Shown here: piece after piece, positions 11,604 through 23,635 of the stretch | How the letters are laid out: every line of letters starts with the position of its first letter | Numbering within the stretch: the stretch's first letter is position 1 | Source of the DNA: Felis catus | Lineage: Eukaryota | Length of the DNA: 64,000 nt | NCBI RefSeq assembly: GCF_018350175.1 | Contig: NC_058368.1 | Location: 42,224,001 to 42,288,000 of the forward strand | Reading direction: 5' to 3' | Program-made: the position numbers and the translations under genes | The notes under the pieces: model-generated | Told to the model about the DNA's origin: nothing | What the model saw: the letters and a program-made list of their open reading frames with translations, nothing else | The model's database searches: none

Positions 11604-12504
11604 TAGTCAATCCTCATTATTCATTGATTCAGATATTTCATATTTATGAATTTTCCTACTTGCTGAAACTTATTTGCTATCTCAAAGTCTAATCACAGTA
11701 CTTTTGTGGTCACTTTGGACATGCCCAGAGATTAAAAAATGTGAGTTGCCTGGGGCGCCTGGGTGGCGCAGTCGGTTAAGCGTCCGACTTCAGCCAGGTC
11801 ACGATCTCGCGGTCCATGAGTTCGAGCCCCGCGTCGGGCTCTGGACCGATGGCTCAGAGCCTGGAGCCTGCTTCCGATTCTGTGTCTCCCTCTCTCTCTG
11901 CCCCTCCCCCGTTCATGCTCTGTCTCTCTCTGTCCCAAAAATAAATAAATGCTGAAAAAAAAAATTAAAAAAAAAATGTGAGTTGCCCAACACATTCCCA
12001 GCTGAAGTCAAAGTGTAAGCACTCTGCCTTCCTGTTTCAGCTCTCATTTTGTAAACAAGCATTTTTTTTCCCCTGCAGTCTATTTAGAGCCATGTTTTTT
12101 TGCGTATCTGTGCTTTCTGTTGTTGATTTTGCTGTTTAAAATGGACTCCAAGTATAGTGATAAAGTGCTGCCTAGTGTTCCTAAGCACAAAAGGGCTGTG
12201 ATGTGCCTTCCAGAGAAAATATGTGTGTTAGATAAGCTTTGTTCAAGCATGAGTTACAGTGTTGTTGGTCACAAGTTCAATATTAATGAATCAAAAATAC
12301 GTATTGCATAAGATGTCTTTAAATAGGAGCACATATACGACACAGTTATGTACTGATAATATATTAAAATGTTGTGACCAGAACCTCGTAGAGGCTATCT
12401 AGCCCTGTGTTTGCCCCAGGAGTAATGGTTCGGTATTCACAAATTCAGTGTTTGAGGCAACTTTATAGACTATATAAGTACTGCGAATAATAAGAACCCA
12501 GATG
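11604..12504 (+). mobile_element. MER82 (TcMar-Tigger non-autonomous DNA transposon), near full length, interrupted by a SINE
   Basis: Begins TA|tagtcaatcctcattattc and ends gcgaataataagaacccagatg|TA (degenerate TIRs, TA target site). Internal blocks match the recalled MER82 consensus. ORF 12120..12311 (KRAVMCLPEKICVLDKL..MSYSVVGHKFNINESKI) is a relic of the Tigger transposase N-terminal HTH. Confidence 0.88.
11752..11975 (+). mobile_element. CanSINE, young SINEC_Fc type, inserted in MER82
   Basis: Intact CpG-rich body; perfect 17-bp TSD aaaaaatgtgagttgcc (11734-11750 / 11971-11987). Confidence 0.97.
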
Positions 12505-12858
12505 TATTTCTTTCTAAATGGAAGTATAAATATGGAGTTTGAACATTTACTCACCACTAAATTCCTTTCTTCTACTTAACAGGTGACAAAGTATGAGTTA
12601 ATTACAAAAGAAGTAAGAGTGGATTTGGTGTTATGCTACTAATGCTCATGAAAATATGACTAGTCTGTGTCCTGGGCTGATGTCTTTCTCATTTTATTAT
12701 TTTTTCATAGCAGTAGTGTGGACTTAGTCCATGAGAGAAAAGCCACTTCTCTCATTTACCAAAAAAAAAAAAAAAAAGATAGAGATAACGTGATAAGGTG
12801 GGCAATCAGCTCTAACATACAGACCTTTGCCTTTAAACTAGTATTTCAGAAATGAATA

Positions 12859-13083
12859 GGGGCGCCCGGGTGGCTCAGTCTGTTAAGAGTCCGACTCATG
12901 ATTTTGGCTCAGGTCATGATCTCACAGTCATGAGACTGAGCACTGCATCCGGCTCCGTGCTTCACATGGAGCCTGCTTGGGATTCTTTCTCCCCCCCCTC
13001 CACCCCCGTCCCCTCTGTGCTCGCATGCACGCGTGCTCACCCTCTCTCTTTCTCTCAAAATAAATAAATAAACATTAAAAAAT
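12859..13083 (+). mobile_element. CanSINE, older subfamily
   Basis: ggggcgcccgggtggctcagt head; TSD aaatgaata (12850-12858 / 13084-13092). Confidence 0.93.
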
Positions 13084-13309
13084 AAATGAATAATGGATCA
13101 GGATTGCCATGTTGTAACAATGTCTTGATTGATTGTTTCCTTAATATGTGCTAAGTGCTGACAAAGTACAAATGTCCTAATCTTCTGAGATGGGACCCAC
13201 TGTTATTAGAAAATGATTATGCTTTGGGGGCATTTATTCATTTCCTGATTTTGCTAGACTTTTTTCTCAAAAAAATATAAACAACTTTTCAACTGTCCAA
13301 GGACTAAAC

Positions 13310-13545
13310 TAATAGCTACTATTTATTGAGCTATTACACCAGAAACTATGTCAAACAGGATATATACATTTTTTTCATGGCAACTCTATGAATTAGGTAT
13401 TATTACTGTTACTGTGCCAGCTTACTGACAAAACTAAACCAAACAAAAACAAAAAACAAAACCTAGAAAAAGTTAAGGAACTTGTGCAAGGCAAGTGAGT
13501 GAATGGTTAAGCAGTAATTCAAACCCTTAATGTATTTGTCTACTG
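13310..13545 (-). mobile_element. MIR
   Basis: atttattgagc...caactctatgaattaggtattatt...gttaaggaacttgtgcaagg...attcaaaccc. Confidence 0.7.
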
Positions 13546-14308
13546 TTCCTTCTGTTCTCTTCACTGAAAATGCAATTTTATGTGTACTTATATATGTATG
13601 AACATAAATATATATGCACTTATCTACTTGAGCAAAAGTGAGACATATATTATCATGGATAAGATCTATTGAAAGTGTGAAACATTAAGAATTCTGTAAG
13701 ATACTCTAAAAATAAAATAAAGAGATGAAATCATAAATCTCAAAACAGTGATAATAATGGTTCACAGTTTCTTTCTACAGAGAGATAAATGAGAAAAGGT
13801 GGATCATTTGAATGCATGATAGATATGGGTTTTTGGCTTCATAAATGTTGTTTTACTTTCAAATACAAGAATAAAGGATTTTCTTATTTTAGTCCTTTCC
13901 ACAATAAGAAAGAATTTACTAACTTCAGTAACATGTATAGAAACATAAAATGTGATACTATTCTGCTACTTTCTAGCACACTGTAGCAGGTTTGACAAAT
14001 GATAGATTAGCTTAAACTAAATGTTTATCACCATTTTAGAGATTATAAAAGAATAGTAAAATACACTGCACATCAAGAGAAATGGGAGAAAGTCGGAGAT
14101 AATCTCTTTTTAACTTATGAGAGCTCAACTGCATTTAAGACATCTAGTGTTAGACCATAAATGTGAAAGACTAGTAATTAGTTTCTCTGATCACCTGAAA
14201 ATAGGTTATCAACCACAATAAATAACTTCTTTTTAAAATAATAGTTTTATGCCTGGAAAGTATTTTCTGAAACCTGTAGCAACAATGGTAGAAAGATAAT
14301 TTTTTCCC

Positions 14309-14340
<32 letters not shown>
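14309..14340 (+). repeat. (TG)13 followed by cgcgca
   Basis: Direct reading. Confidence 0.95.
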
Positions 14341-14341
<1 letters not shown>

Positions 14342-15053
14342 ATTTGTGGTTTTTTGTTTGTTTGTTTGTTTCGGTTTGTCTTGTTTTTCATGATATTATG
14401 CAGACTGTCTCATTGTACTTCCTCCAGAACATCATGAATCCCCCTTAAAATTTTCATTACAGGTCTCTCAATCCCATCCCTTTGATTCAGGACAACTACC
14501 ACAGGAACCCAAATTAGTAAGTGATGAAAGTCGGAGATGAGATTATGGGAATAGAATGTCCACTATAAATATGGATATTCAGTAAACATCCTAACATACA
14601 TATCAGTAATGTTCATGCCAAAAGTGTGATACTCATCACCTGCTCTCTATACTTCTGTATTCCCTCCAAAAAGGTAACTCTACAATCACAATTTTCCCTA
14701 AAAACCAAATGCATTCACTCTTACCTTGGTGAGGGAGGGATTTACCTTGGAGTGGAGGGGCATGTACCTTTGAAGATTTATTGCTGTTTCATAAAAAATC
14801 TAATAAGGCCTTTCCTTTTAAAAAGTTCATATAATCGAATATAAAGAATTTATAGCAGTCCCTACATAATATTCATACATACATACATACATATATCCAT
14901 ACATAACATTCAATCTCTTAAATTTTCTATCTTTTCCTTTTAACATAATTCCATAGTATTTAGTCTTTAATTTTTTAACTTTACTATTTTTCAAGAATTT
15001 AATCATGCCAATTAATTTCATCTAGCAGAGATGCTAAATTCTCCACATCTGTC

Positions 15054-15278
15054 TTTTTTTTTTTTAATTTTTTTTCAACGTTTATTTATTTTTGGGACAG
15101 AGAGAGACAGAGCATGAACGGGGGAGGGGCAGAGAGAGAGGGAGACACAGAATCGGAAACAGGCTCCAGGCTCCGAGCCATCAGCCCAGAGCCTGACGCG
15201 GGGCTCGAACTCACGGAGTGTGAGATCGTGACCTGGCTGAAGTCGGACGCTTAACCGACTGCGCCACCCAGGCGCCCC
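15054..15278 (-). mobile_element. CanSINE, young SINEC_Fc type
   Basis: Perfect 14-bp TSD tccacatctgtctt (15042-15055 / 15279-15292); CpG-rich body. Confidence 0.97.
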
Positions 15279-16599
15279 TCCACATCTGTCTTAAATTCTG
15301 AGCTCTCAGAGTGTTAACAATATTTTATAGCAAAGTCTTTGAAGAGGTCAGAGGGTATTAGGAGTCTTGTGCTTTACCATGAATTCAATCTATGTTTGAC
15401 TTTTGAAGTTCAAATGCCTTTTTTTGCTTTGGGGCAAATGAGCATTATTCCATTGGTACATTTGGCTTACTGAAATCCTTTAGAAAATAAATGAGCAGTC
15501 AAGATGTGTTTGTTTGTTTGTTAGTTTGATTGATTAGCAATAGATGTTTAAGGAGGTGGGAATAGAAGAGATGAGGGAAAAGGATGCTAAGTGACCAGAA
15601 AGCAGTCTGTGAAAGAGCACCTGATCTACCTGTACACTATATAAAACTGTACTGTTCAAAGCAGCAATGCTGGAGGTAACTAAGGAATAAATACAGACCT
15701 TTATTCATATTGCTTTGCTTATACCCTAATATTGCATCAGAAGTTTAAACACATTTTTTTTCTTCATTTTGGTCTGTATGTTCATTTCTCCTTTTGCTTC
15801 TCCTTCTATTCCTCCTTCTACATTTACTTACACCCAACCAATTCCAACTAGATAAGTGATTTCATATTATATATTATTATTTGATATGGAGAATAAATAT
15901 AGCAAATATTAAAGCTTGATAGATCATTTTCTCTTGTGGTTATATCTTTGGAAATACCCACATACTGAAGGCAGAGCAAGTACCCCTCCAAACTCATACA
16001 CCTATGGATAATATCTGTCTTGACCATAGCAATAGTCTTAGAACCTCAAACTGCTTGTACAAGGGAAAAACAGGCCCTCAGCAGAAAATGCGCTTCTCCT
16101 TTATTTTGTGCCTAATAACCCAAGAGGCTTCACTCTATCAAAGTCCTGGAATGACTAAAATGTGTGGGATCTTTTTTTCAGTTCAGTTAATTAATTCTTT
16201 AAAATAATATCTTGACTAGGAAAATAGTACAATTAAATTATTAAAGCCACCCTGACTTACTGTAAAGTTTAAATATGGTAAATTTATTCATTTTTCACTT
16301 GATTTATTTTCTCTTTTGGTTCTTAGAGGAGATTCTATTTGAGAGGGTAGTCTGTTAATTGATCAGCTCCATTAACCTGAACAAATGATACAACAGTTAC
16401 TTTCAAACACTTGCTAGAGTGATTTTTTTTCTAGAAATCAAGTTTGATCCTAATAAAATATGCTTAAAATATTTCATTGTATTCCTTTGTTGCAGGTAAA
16501 AGGTGTGCATTTTTTAGTATGACATGAAAGTGGCATATGGCTTATGTTCTTGACTTTCCAAATCCGTCTTTCACCATGTCCACACACAATAGTCCTGCC

Positions 16600-16990
16600 A
16601 TACTGATTTATTCAGATTCAGATTAAGTCCGCAGCTGCTAATGTATACTTTTCCCTCCATCTGGAATTCGCTTCCTTCTTCTTCTTCTTCTTCTTCTTTT
16701 TTTTTTTTTTTTGGCCTAACTCCTATATTTTAAGAATCAGTTCAAATTTCAACACACTTTTGAAGTTTTCTCTGCCCTTAAGGATTAACAATCTCCACAG
16801 GACAGAGTTTGCATGTTTTTCTGGATGTTCTCACAGCTCTCTGTTGTCTTCCATTTTAATAATTCTCATATGCTCTAATGGTTTGTTTATGTGTCTGCCT
16901 CCTTGATTAGGTAACAACTCCTCACACCTCCATCGATTCTTCCTTCACAGTGTTTAGGAGAATGTCTGGCTCAGACTAGACACTAGAGAC
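16600..16990 (+). mobile_element. L2 3' fragment containing a (CTT)n/poly-T tract
   Basis: cctaactcctatattttaagaatcagttcaaat...tttatgtgtctgcctcc...cagtgtttaggagaatgtctggc resemble the L2 3' end. Confidence 0.5.
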
Positions 16991-18332
16991 TTGATGCCTC
17001 ATAAGGCCCCTCCCATTCTCTCTCTCCTACTTCCTCTGATATCAATTGTACTATGTCTACATATTCATTGCACAGTTTTATTTAATATTTTATAGCAATT
17101 AATGGTGAAAGCAAGCTTCGGGGAGTCTACTAGTCAGTGCTCTGAATATCAGATATTTGGAAAGATCTTTTCAAAACAAAAGCATTTGTGTATGGCTTTA
17201 TCCATATCACCTTCCTGAATACGTGACCATATTAAATCATGATTTTTAGAAAGAACAACCAATGGCTATTTGGCTAGCTTATGCATTTAAAAGGAGAAAT
17301 TACAAATAAAACTTTTCTTTATCCAAATTACTAAATAGATATCTGTACTTCAAATACATTTCATTTTTCAGAAAACTTTCTATTTGTTGCCTAACTTTCT
17401 ATTTGTTCTCTGAGTTCCCTAACTCAGAGCTCTATTTCACCAATATTAACATTTCCTTTTTCGTGTAAATAGGAACTCTGATTCATTGTTCTTTTGTTGG
17501 CATTTCTTCATATTAATTTCTGTTAGTATCTGCATTTGAATGAAAAGATCCTTTGTAGGGCCAACATTTAACCAACACGTCAGCTTAAATTGCAGTTAAA
17601 GGATAAAGTTTAGATGAAGTAGATTAGCTTTATGAAATATCTCATAAAAACCATCTTTAAGTTTTATAGTCAGTCTTTAAATGCTCTCAAGAACAGAAAG
17701 TCTGAATGTTTCCAGGCACAAAAATCATTTGAGTGCAGTTTTACAGAAGAAATTTGGTGATTAAACTGATATGTAATACTGCTGCTGGTGAAATAATATA
17801 AAGAAATCAAATAAAGTAATTTCTTCTTGTGTTAATTACTAACCTGATTGTGAAGACATTTCTAAAACAGAAATTTTAAAATTATTTTAAGAAAATACAG
17901 CATAAGGATAACTATATAGTCTTAGAAAAAACTATGTGGAGCAATACACTCTGGTGTAACTGCCAAACAATTGCTGATTGCTTTGTAAACCTTTGACTTT
18001 ATGGAAATGCAATTCTACTAATAAAACATGCCGCTTTGTTATAACTTAAAGGTGTACAAGGTCATATGAATGTAGTGAATTCTTAAATTTAAAAAATTTA
18101 CAAACATCTACAGCATAGTTTTATTATGGCCTGATTTATTTTAGGTCCTCAGTCTATTTCAGTGCAGGATGGGTTGGATTGCAAAGAAGTATATATGGCA
18201 ATCAAGAGTTGGCCAATCAGTTAATGCTATACAAATGACAAATCAAGGTTTCTCAGAGTAAAGAATTTCCAGTTCCTAACAGAGTCAATGTCTAGACCAT
18301 TCTAACAATATATGTCCTAAGTGGCATCTATT

Positions 18333-19040
18333 CTTTTTCTCTGTTCAACAATTTATTTTCGTTTCTTTTTAAATTTAAATTCAAGTTAGTTAACATATAG
18401 TGTAGTATTGGTTTTAGGAGTAGAATTTAGTGATTCATCACTTACATATTATACCCAGCACTCATCCCAACAAGTGCCCTCCTTAATGTCCCTCACCCAT
18501 TTAAGCCATCACCCCCTCACCTCTCCTACAGCAACCCTCAGTTTGTTCTCTGTAATTAAGAGTCTCTTATGGTTTGCCTCCTTTTCTGTTTTTATCTTAT
18601 TTGTCCTTCCCTTCCCCTATGTCCATCTTTTTTATTTCTTAAATTCCACACGTGAGTGAAATCATATATCTGTCTTTCTCTGACTGACTTATTTCACTTG
18701 TCACAATACACTCTAGTTTCACCCATGTTGTCGCAAATGGCAAGATTTCATCTTTTTGATTGCCAAGTAATATTGCATTGTAGGTACATACCACATCTTC
18801 TTTACCCATTCATTAGTCAATGGACATTTGGGCTCTTTCCATAATTTGGCTACTGTAGATAATGCTGCTATAAACATTAGGGGTACATGTGCCCCCTTTG
18901 AATCAGCATTTTTCTATTCTTTAGATAAATACCTAGCAGTGCAATTGCTGGGTCATAGAGTAGTTCTATTTTTAATTTTTTGAGGAAACTCCATACTGTT
19001 TTCCAGAGTGACTGCACCGGTTTGCATTCCCCCCAACAGT
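18333..19040 (-). mobile_element. 5'-truncated carnivore LINE-1 (ORF2 C-terminus + 3' UTR)
   Basis: aaatttaaattcaagttagttaacatatagtgtagtatt...ggacatttgggctctttccata...tgaggaaactccatactgttttccagagtg. Probable TSD agtggcatct(a/g)tt (18320-18332 / 19038-19050). Confidence 0.93.
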
Positions 19041-19049
19041 GGCATCTGT

Positions 19050-20110
19050 TTTGGGCATAGGATCAAAAAGGAGAATCTTTTCACTCCTGACTTACACGAA
19101 AGAAGCCAGTGTTTGTAAGACATCAATATATCAAATGTTATATGAGCATTAGCAGCAACCTGCGGAGCAATGCCACTTCAGCACCTTGTTGGGCTAGGGA
19201 AGGCTTGCTGCCTTTGGCCCAGGGTCCAGCTAGCAGGCAAGCAGAGCTGACACCAGCCTCTACTCGAGTTTGGCAGAAAACCAACATGAGGCAGTGTGGG
19301 AAGATCCTGTCAGTGCTACTTGATCTGAAAAGACACAGAAAAATTCACATTCCAAAGCTGTCGGCTTGCAAACTTTGAGCAGAAAGAAAGCCTCACTTTA
19401 AGAATGTAAACAAGGACGGTGAAGGTCTTGCTATCTAAAGATATAAGCATGCGAGAAGCCCTCTGGCAGCTTGAACGTGGTGAGGCAGTGGCAAACCCCA
19501 CACCCCGTTGTGAGAATAAGCCTACCTTGGAGACTCCTGGCACTGTCTTCTTCCTACGAAGTACTTTCCCTGTGATTGCAATGGCAGATTCTTCAAAAGA
19601 GTAAAACAGAGGCCTGTCGCTTTAGAAGCAACGGCAGTCTCTCTGAAAGAATGAGTTTGGCATTTCCAGGGGAAAGGTCATCTCTTTACACCTCTGAAGA
19701 GGATATAGATAACAATAATAGAAAGAATATCAGGCATGAAAAGCTACATTTTCCTAGACCCCTAAAGGAAATCATGACACAGCTGCAAAGCTGGTACTAG
19801 GAGCCAATGCACTAATTTATCCCACTTCAGTGCATCGACTTTCCTCTTCTGTGAACTGGCATCCCAGCTGGGAAAAGAAATATTTACTGAGACTTGCTGA
19901 ATTTTATTTACAGATCTAGCGGACTCCTTCTAAGTTTCAAAGAAGAGATACCTCTAGTGTTGGTGAGATATGGGGCGGTGTGAAAATCACCCAAACATAC
20001 TTGAAAGATAGCACTCTCATGACCTAAAGGGTAATATCGAGTTAAGTGTGGCACTTTGTGTTCATCCAGCATAAATATCAGTGCCAAGGCAATCACATGG
20101 AGGGCCCTTG
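19050..20110 (+). pseudogene. Putative decayed C2H2 zinc-finger gene relic
   Basis: QCGKILSVLLDLKRHRKIH has exact C-x12-H-x3-H spacing. Linker-like DNA remnants occur nearby (ggcagaaaacca, gaaagaaagcct...gaatgtaaacaa, gagaagccct...gaacgtggtgaggca), with many stops and frameshifts. Boundaries uncertain. Confidence 0.4.
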
Positions 20111-20767
20111 GGAGACTGGGGTGATAAATCAGAACTTGGAAGGAAGCTTCCAAAATTACCCTGATTGCAGTGCCCTAGGAACAACTGATTGAGGCCTCTA
20201 TTAGAAACTTTTCCCTATTAGAGAATAGAGAAATATTTTGTCACACGTTATCTAAAAGATCTGCATTGTTACAGACATTCCTATTCAATTATTTATATAT
20301 CCTCTTTCTGGTAAATCTCATCTGATTCTTTCTCCTTTCTAAATGTCACGAGTTTCACTCTCCCATTGGCACTGATGTTAACATTTGAAGGGGGGAAAGG
20401 TTGTACTTAAGTTTAATAGATTTCATATTTAATAATGTAGTCAATAAAGTCTGCCCACTTAATCAGTCAAAGGCTATTCCATTCTGGACACTAAATGCCT
20501 CCAGTGAGCCATGTTGTTTCCATTACATACAATTCACCCATTATTCTCAGCTCTTAAAAAATATTTTAATATTTCCAGAGCTTTACTTATCTATAAATAA
20601 ATAAAATGGCATTGCTTTTATATAAATGAAATAGTGCTGATATTATACATTATCATTAACAAAATCACAGAGCAAGGAAAGAAACTGAAATCTATATGGG
20701 ATTTGAAGAATTTACAGCACTTGTGGAGAAGCAATCCTTGTAAACTTTTATAACCTTTCCTTTCTTG

Positions 20768-21196
20768 CAACAAAGATTCTTTGCTTGGCTAAACTTAAGT
20801 CAGGCTCTTGAACCTTCCTCTAGGTTCGTCTGTGCACTTTATTGCAAATTCCAAGTTATCCGATCACTCTGAATATCTGATCAGTTTCCTCATCCTCCAC
20901 CATCCCTAGGTGACATCTGATCACCCTGGCCTATCTTCAGTAATAACCCTGTTAGGTTGCTTTAGCCAGAACCCCAATTAACCTCTGATGTTTTCTCCTA
21001 GTAGTCTTCCAACCACTGACCCTCCCACCCTACTCCTTGGTTATAAATTCCCACCTGCCCAAGCCATATTCAAAGTTGAGTCCAATCTCTCTCTCCCATT
21101 ATAAATGCCATTGCACTGGTCCCTATACCTATTGCGATGCTCCTGAATAAAAGTCTGCCTTAACATCTTTAACAAGTATCATTGATTTTTTTAACA
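20768..21196 (+). mobile_element. ERV1 solo LTR, MER31-like
   Basis: acaaagattctttgcttggctaaacttaagtcaggctcttgaacc start; TATA-like ggttataaattccc; ctgaataaaagtc poly(A) signal; ends ttaACA. Confidence 0.8.
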
Positions 21197-21990
21197 ATTG
21201 CAACTTCCCATTTTATAAAAGGAGGGCTGTAAAAGTGAAAACAAAAGATTCCATAACCAGCCATACACTCTAACATTTTCATCTATTATTTGTTTTGCAT
21301 TCAACTTTACAGCAATATACCACCATTAGTCATAGTAATATTACTCTAAGTGGTATTAGCAGTATTGCTCTATTGCCTTTATATTAGCTTTGTAGCCATT
21401 TAAATAATATGTTCTCAAACCTCAATTACTAATACCTAGCAATCTTTAGAGAAAGGGACAGTGCATGTCTAGGCATTTTTTTTCCATATCTTATAGGTGT
21501 TATATTAACTTAAAAGGGAGTGAATGCAAAAAAGAATCACTTGGAAAAAACTTTGATTTTAAGCCAGGATAAAACCTATTCAGTGATATGTGTTTCTGGA
21601 GAGTAGGTGGAGGGTTGTAAGTTGTACTAAGTCTAGTGATTTTGAGAATAAAAATCCTTTGCTGTTAACTTTTTCTGTTCCAGAGAAACAAAGGACTTAA
21701 ATCCCCTATATCATCCTCTGTTCTGGTACTCCCATATCCTTCTGCTGTACAGACAGCCTGCACCCAAATGGCTGCTAAGTGCAGATCTTTGACTCAGAGT
21801 TAATTTTGACAGGTGTCTTTAGCTATTGCTAGTGTTTATTTTGCACTGTGAAGGAAATTAGTTGTTTACTCTTTTCATTATCTGTTTTAAACTATCTGAC
21901 ATGTAAATTGTTAAGGAAATGAAGCCCACTTTTGTTTCCCTAGTTCATGAAGTTTTAGTTGAGGGTTTTCCTTCTCAAAGTATCTCTTAA

Positions 21991-22277
21991 TGGGATTAAA
22001 AAATCATTAATGTTTATTTATTTATTTTTAAAATTTTTTTTAACGTTTTATTTATTTTTGAGACAGAGAGAGACAGAGCATGAACGGGGGAGGGGCAGAG
22101 AGAGAGGGAGACACAGAATTGGAAGCAGGCTCCAGGCTCTGAGCCATCAACCCAGAGCCCGACGCGGGGCTCGAACTCACGGACTGCGAGATCCTGACCT
22201 GAGCTGAAGTCAGACGTTTAACCGACTGAGCCACCCAGGCGCCCCAATGTTTATTTTTCAGAGAGAGAGAGAGAGAC

Positions 22278-22327
<50 letters not shown>

Positions 22328-22494
22328 TGCAAGTGGGGGAGGAGTAGTGAGAGAGGGAGACACAGAATCCAAAGCAAGCTCCAGGCTCTGAACTGTCAGC
22401 ACAGAGCCTGATGCAGGACTCGAACCCACAAACCACGAGACCATGACTGGAGCTGAAGTCGGACACTCAATTGACTGAGCCACGCAGGCGTCCC
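21991..22494 (-). mobile_element. Older CanSINE (body 22246-22494) whose tail hosts a second SINE
   Basis: Outer TSD tcaaa(g/a)tatctcttaa (21975-21990 / 22495-22510); long (GA)n. Confidence 0.92.
22020..22245 (-). mobile_element. Younger CanSINE nested in the A-tail of the older one
   Basis: Own TSD aatgtttattt (22009-22019 / 22246-22256); retains more CpGs than its host. Confidence 0.94.
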
Positions 22495-23194
22495 TCAAAA
22501 TATCTCTTAAAATAATACTCCAGATTGTGTGGATTCATTTGCATGCAGGATATCCTCCCTGCCTATATAGCCTTCATTGCATTTGTCAGTCTCCATTATA
22601 ATGATCTACCCATACTTCTTCCAAACTACTCTGTAAGTCCCTTAAAGCCAGTAATTTTTAACATAAAGAGATGGAATCATTTGCCCACAAAAATTATTAC
22701 TATATCATATGACATGAGCAATCTAGATTCATGAAATGAGCACGTTTCCCTCAAGAAAGAATCCCCTGTGACTTGCATCATTGCTGTGTCCAAGGTTTTC
22801 AACTAAATGTATTTGCAACTCACTATTTTGTCATCCTCCAGCACACCCTAGTAAGAAAATGGTGGCAAGCAAGAACGTTTTGAGAACGAATTATGAAATA
22901 AAAGCTAAACAATCAGAAAATTAATGGTCTACTTTTAGACATTTGGAAAGGTGTAACTTTCTAAAACTGACAGTTTTTAGCAGCTCACCACAAATAAAAA
23001 AATCCTTACCTCTGCAATAGTTTATCTGTAACAGGGGAAAGTTGAAAGTCACATTTTCAAAGTCATAACATCCTATTGCTTTAAAAGTAGTTGATATCAC
23101 TCAAACATGTAAATATTCCTACTCAGAGGTTAATTTAGTTGTCTCATAGGGCTGGAATAAGGTTTAAAAAAAAAACAAAAAGCAAAGCAAAAAA

Positions 23195-23635
23195 CAAGGT
23201 CTGAAAACATACTGCTTAGATTCCAATTCTGCCTCTGTCCTCTCTGGTCATATAATCCTTAGAAAAGTTACTTGTGCCTGGGTGGCTCAGTTGGTTAAGC
23301 GTCTGACTTCAGCTTAGGTCCTGATCGCACAGTTCGTGGGTCTGAGCCCCACATTGGCCTCTATGCTGACAGATTGAAGCCTGGGGCCTGCTTTGAATTC
23401 TGTGTCTCCTTCTCTCTCTGTGTCCCTCCCCACTTGCACTTTGTTTCTCTCTCAAAAATAAATAAGCATTGAAAAAAAATTAAAGAAAAATTACTTAACT
23501 TTTCTAGGCTTCAGTTTGCTCATCTGTAAGATAGTGGCAAAATAATAACCATGTGAGAATTTGGCTTTGAGCATTAATTGAGATAATGAAGGGAAAAAAC
23601 ACTTAGCATACTGACTAGCAAATAATAAATGATCA
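23195..23635 (+). mobile_element. MIR split by a CanSINE
   Basis: ...ccttagaaaagttactt|aacttttctaggcttcagtttgctcatctgtaa joins into a MIR core when the SINE is removed. Confidence 0.7.
23274..23483 (+). mobile_element. CanSINE
   Basis: gtgcctgggtggctcagttggttaagcg; TSD agaaaa(g/a)ttactt (23261-23273 / 23484-23496). Confidence 0.94.

Noticed and set aside
18408..18844. Two hydrophobic ORFs
   Set aside because: Antisense frames of the L1 3' end.
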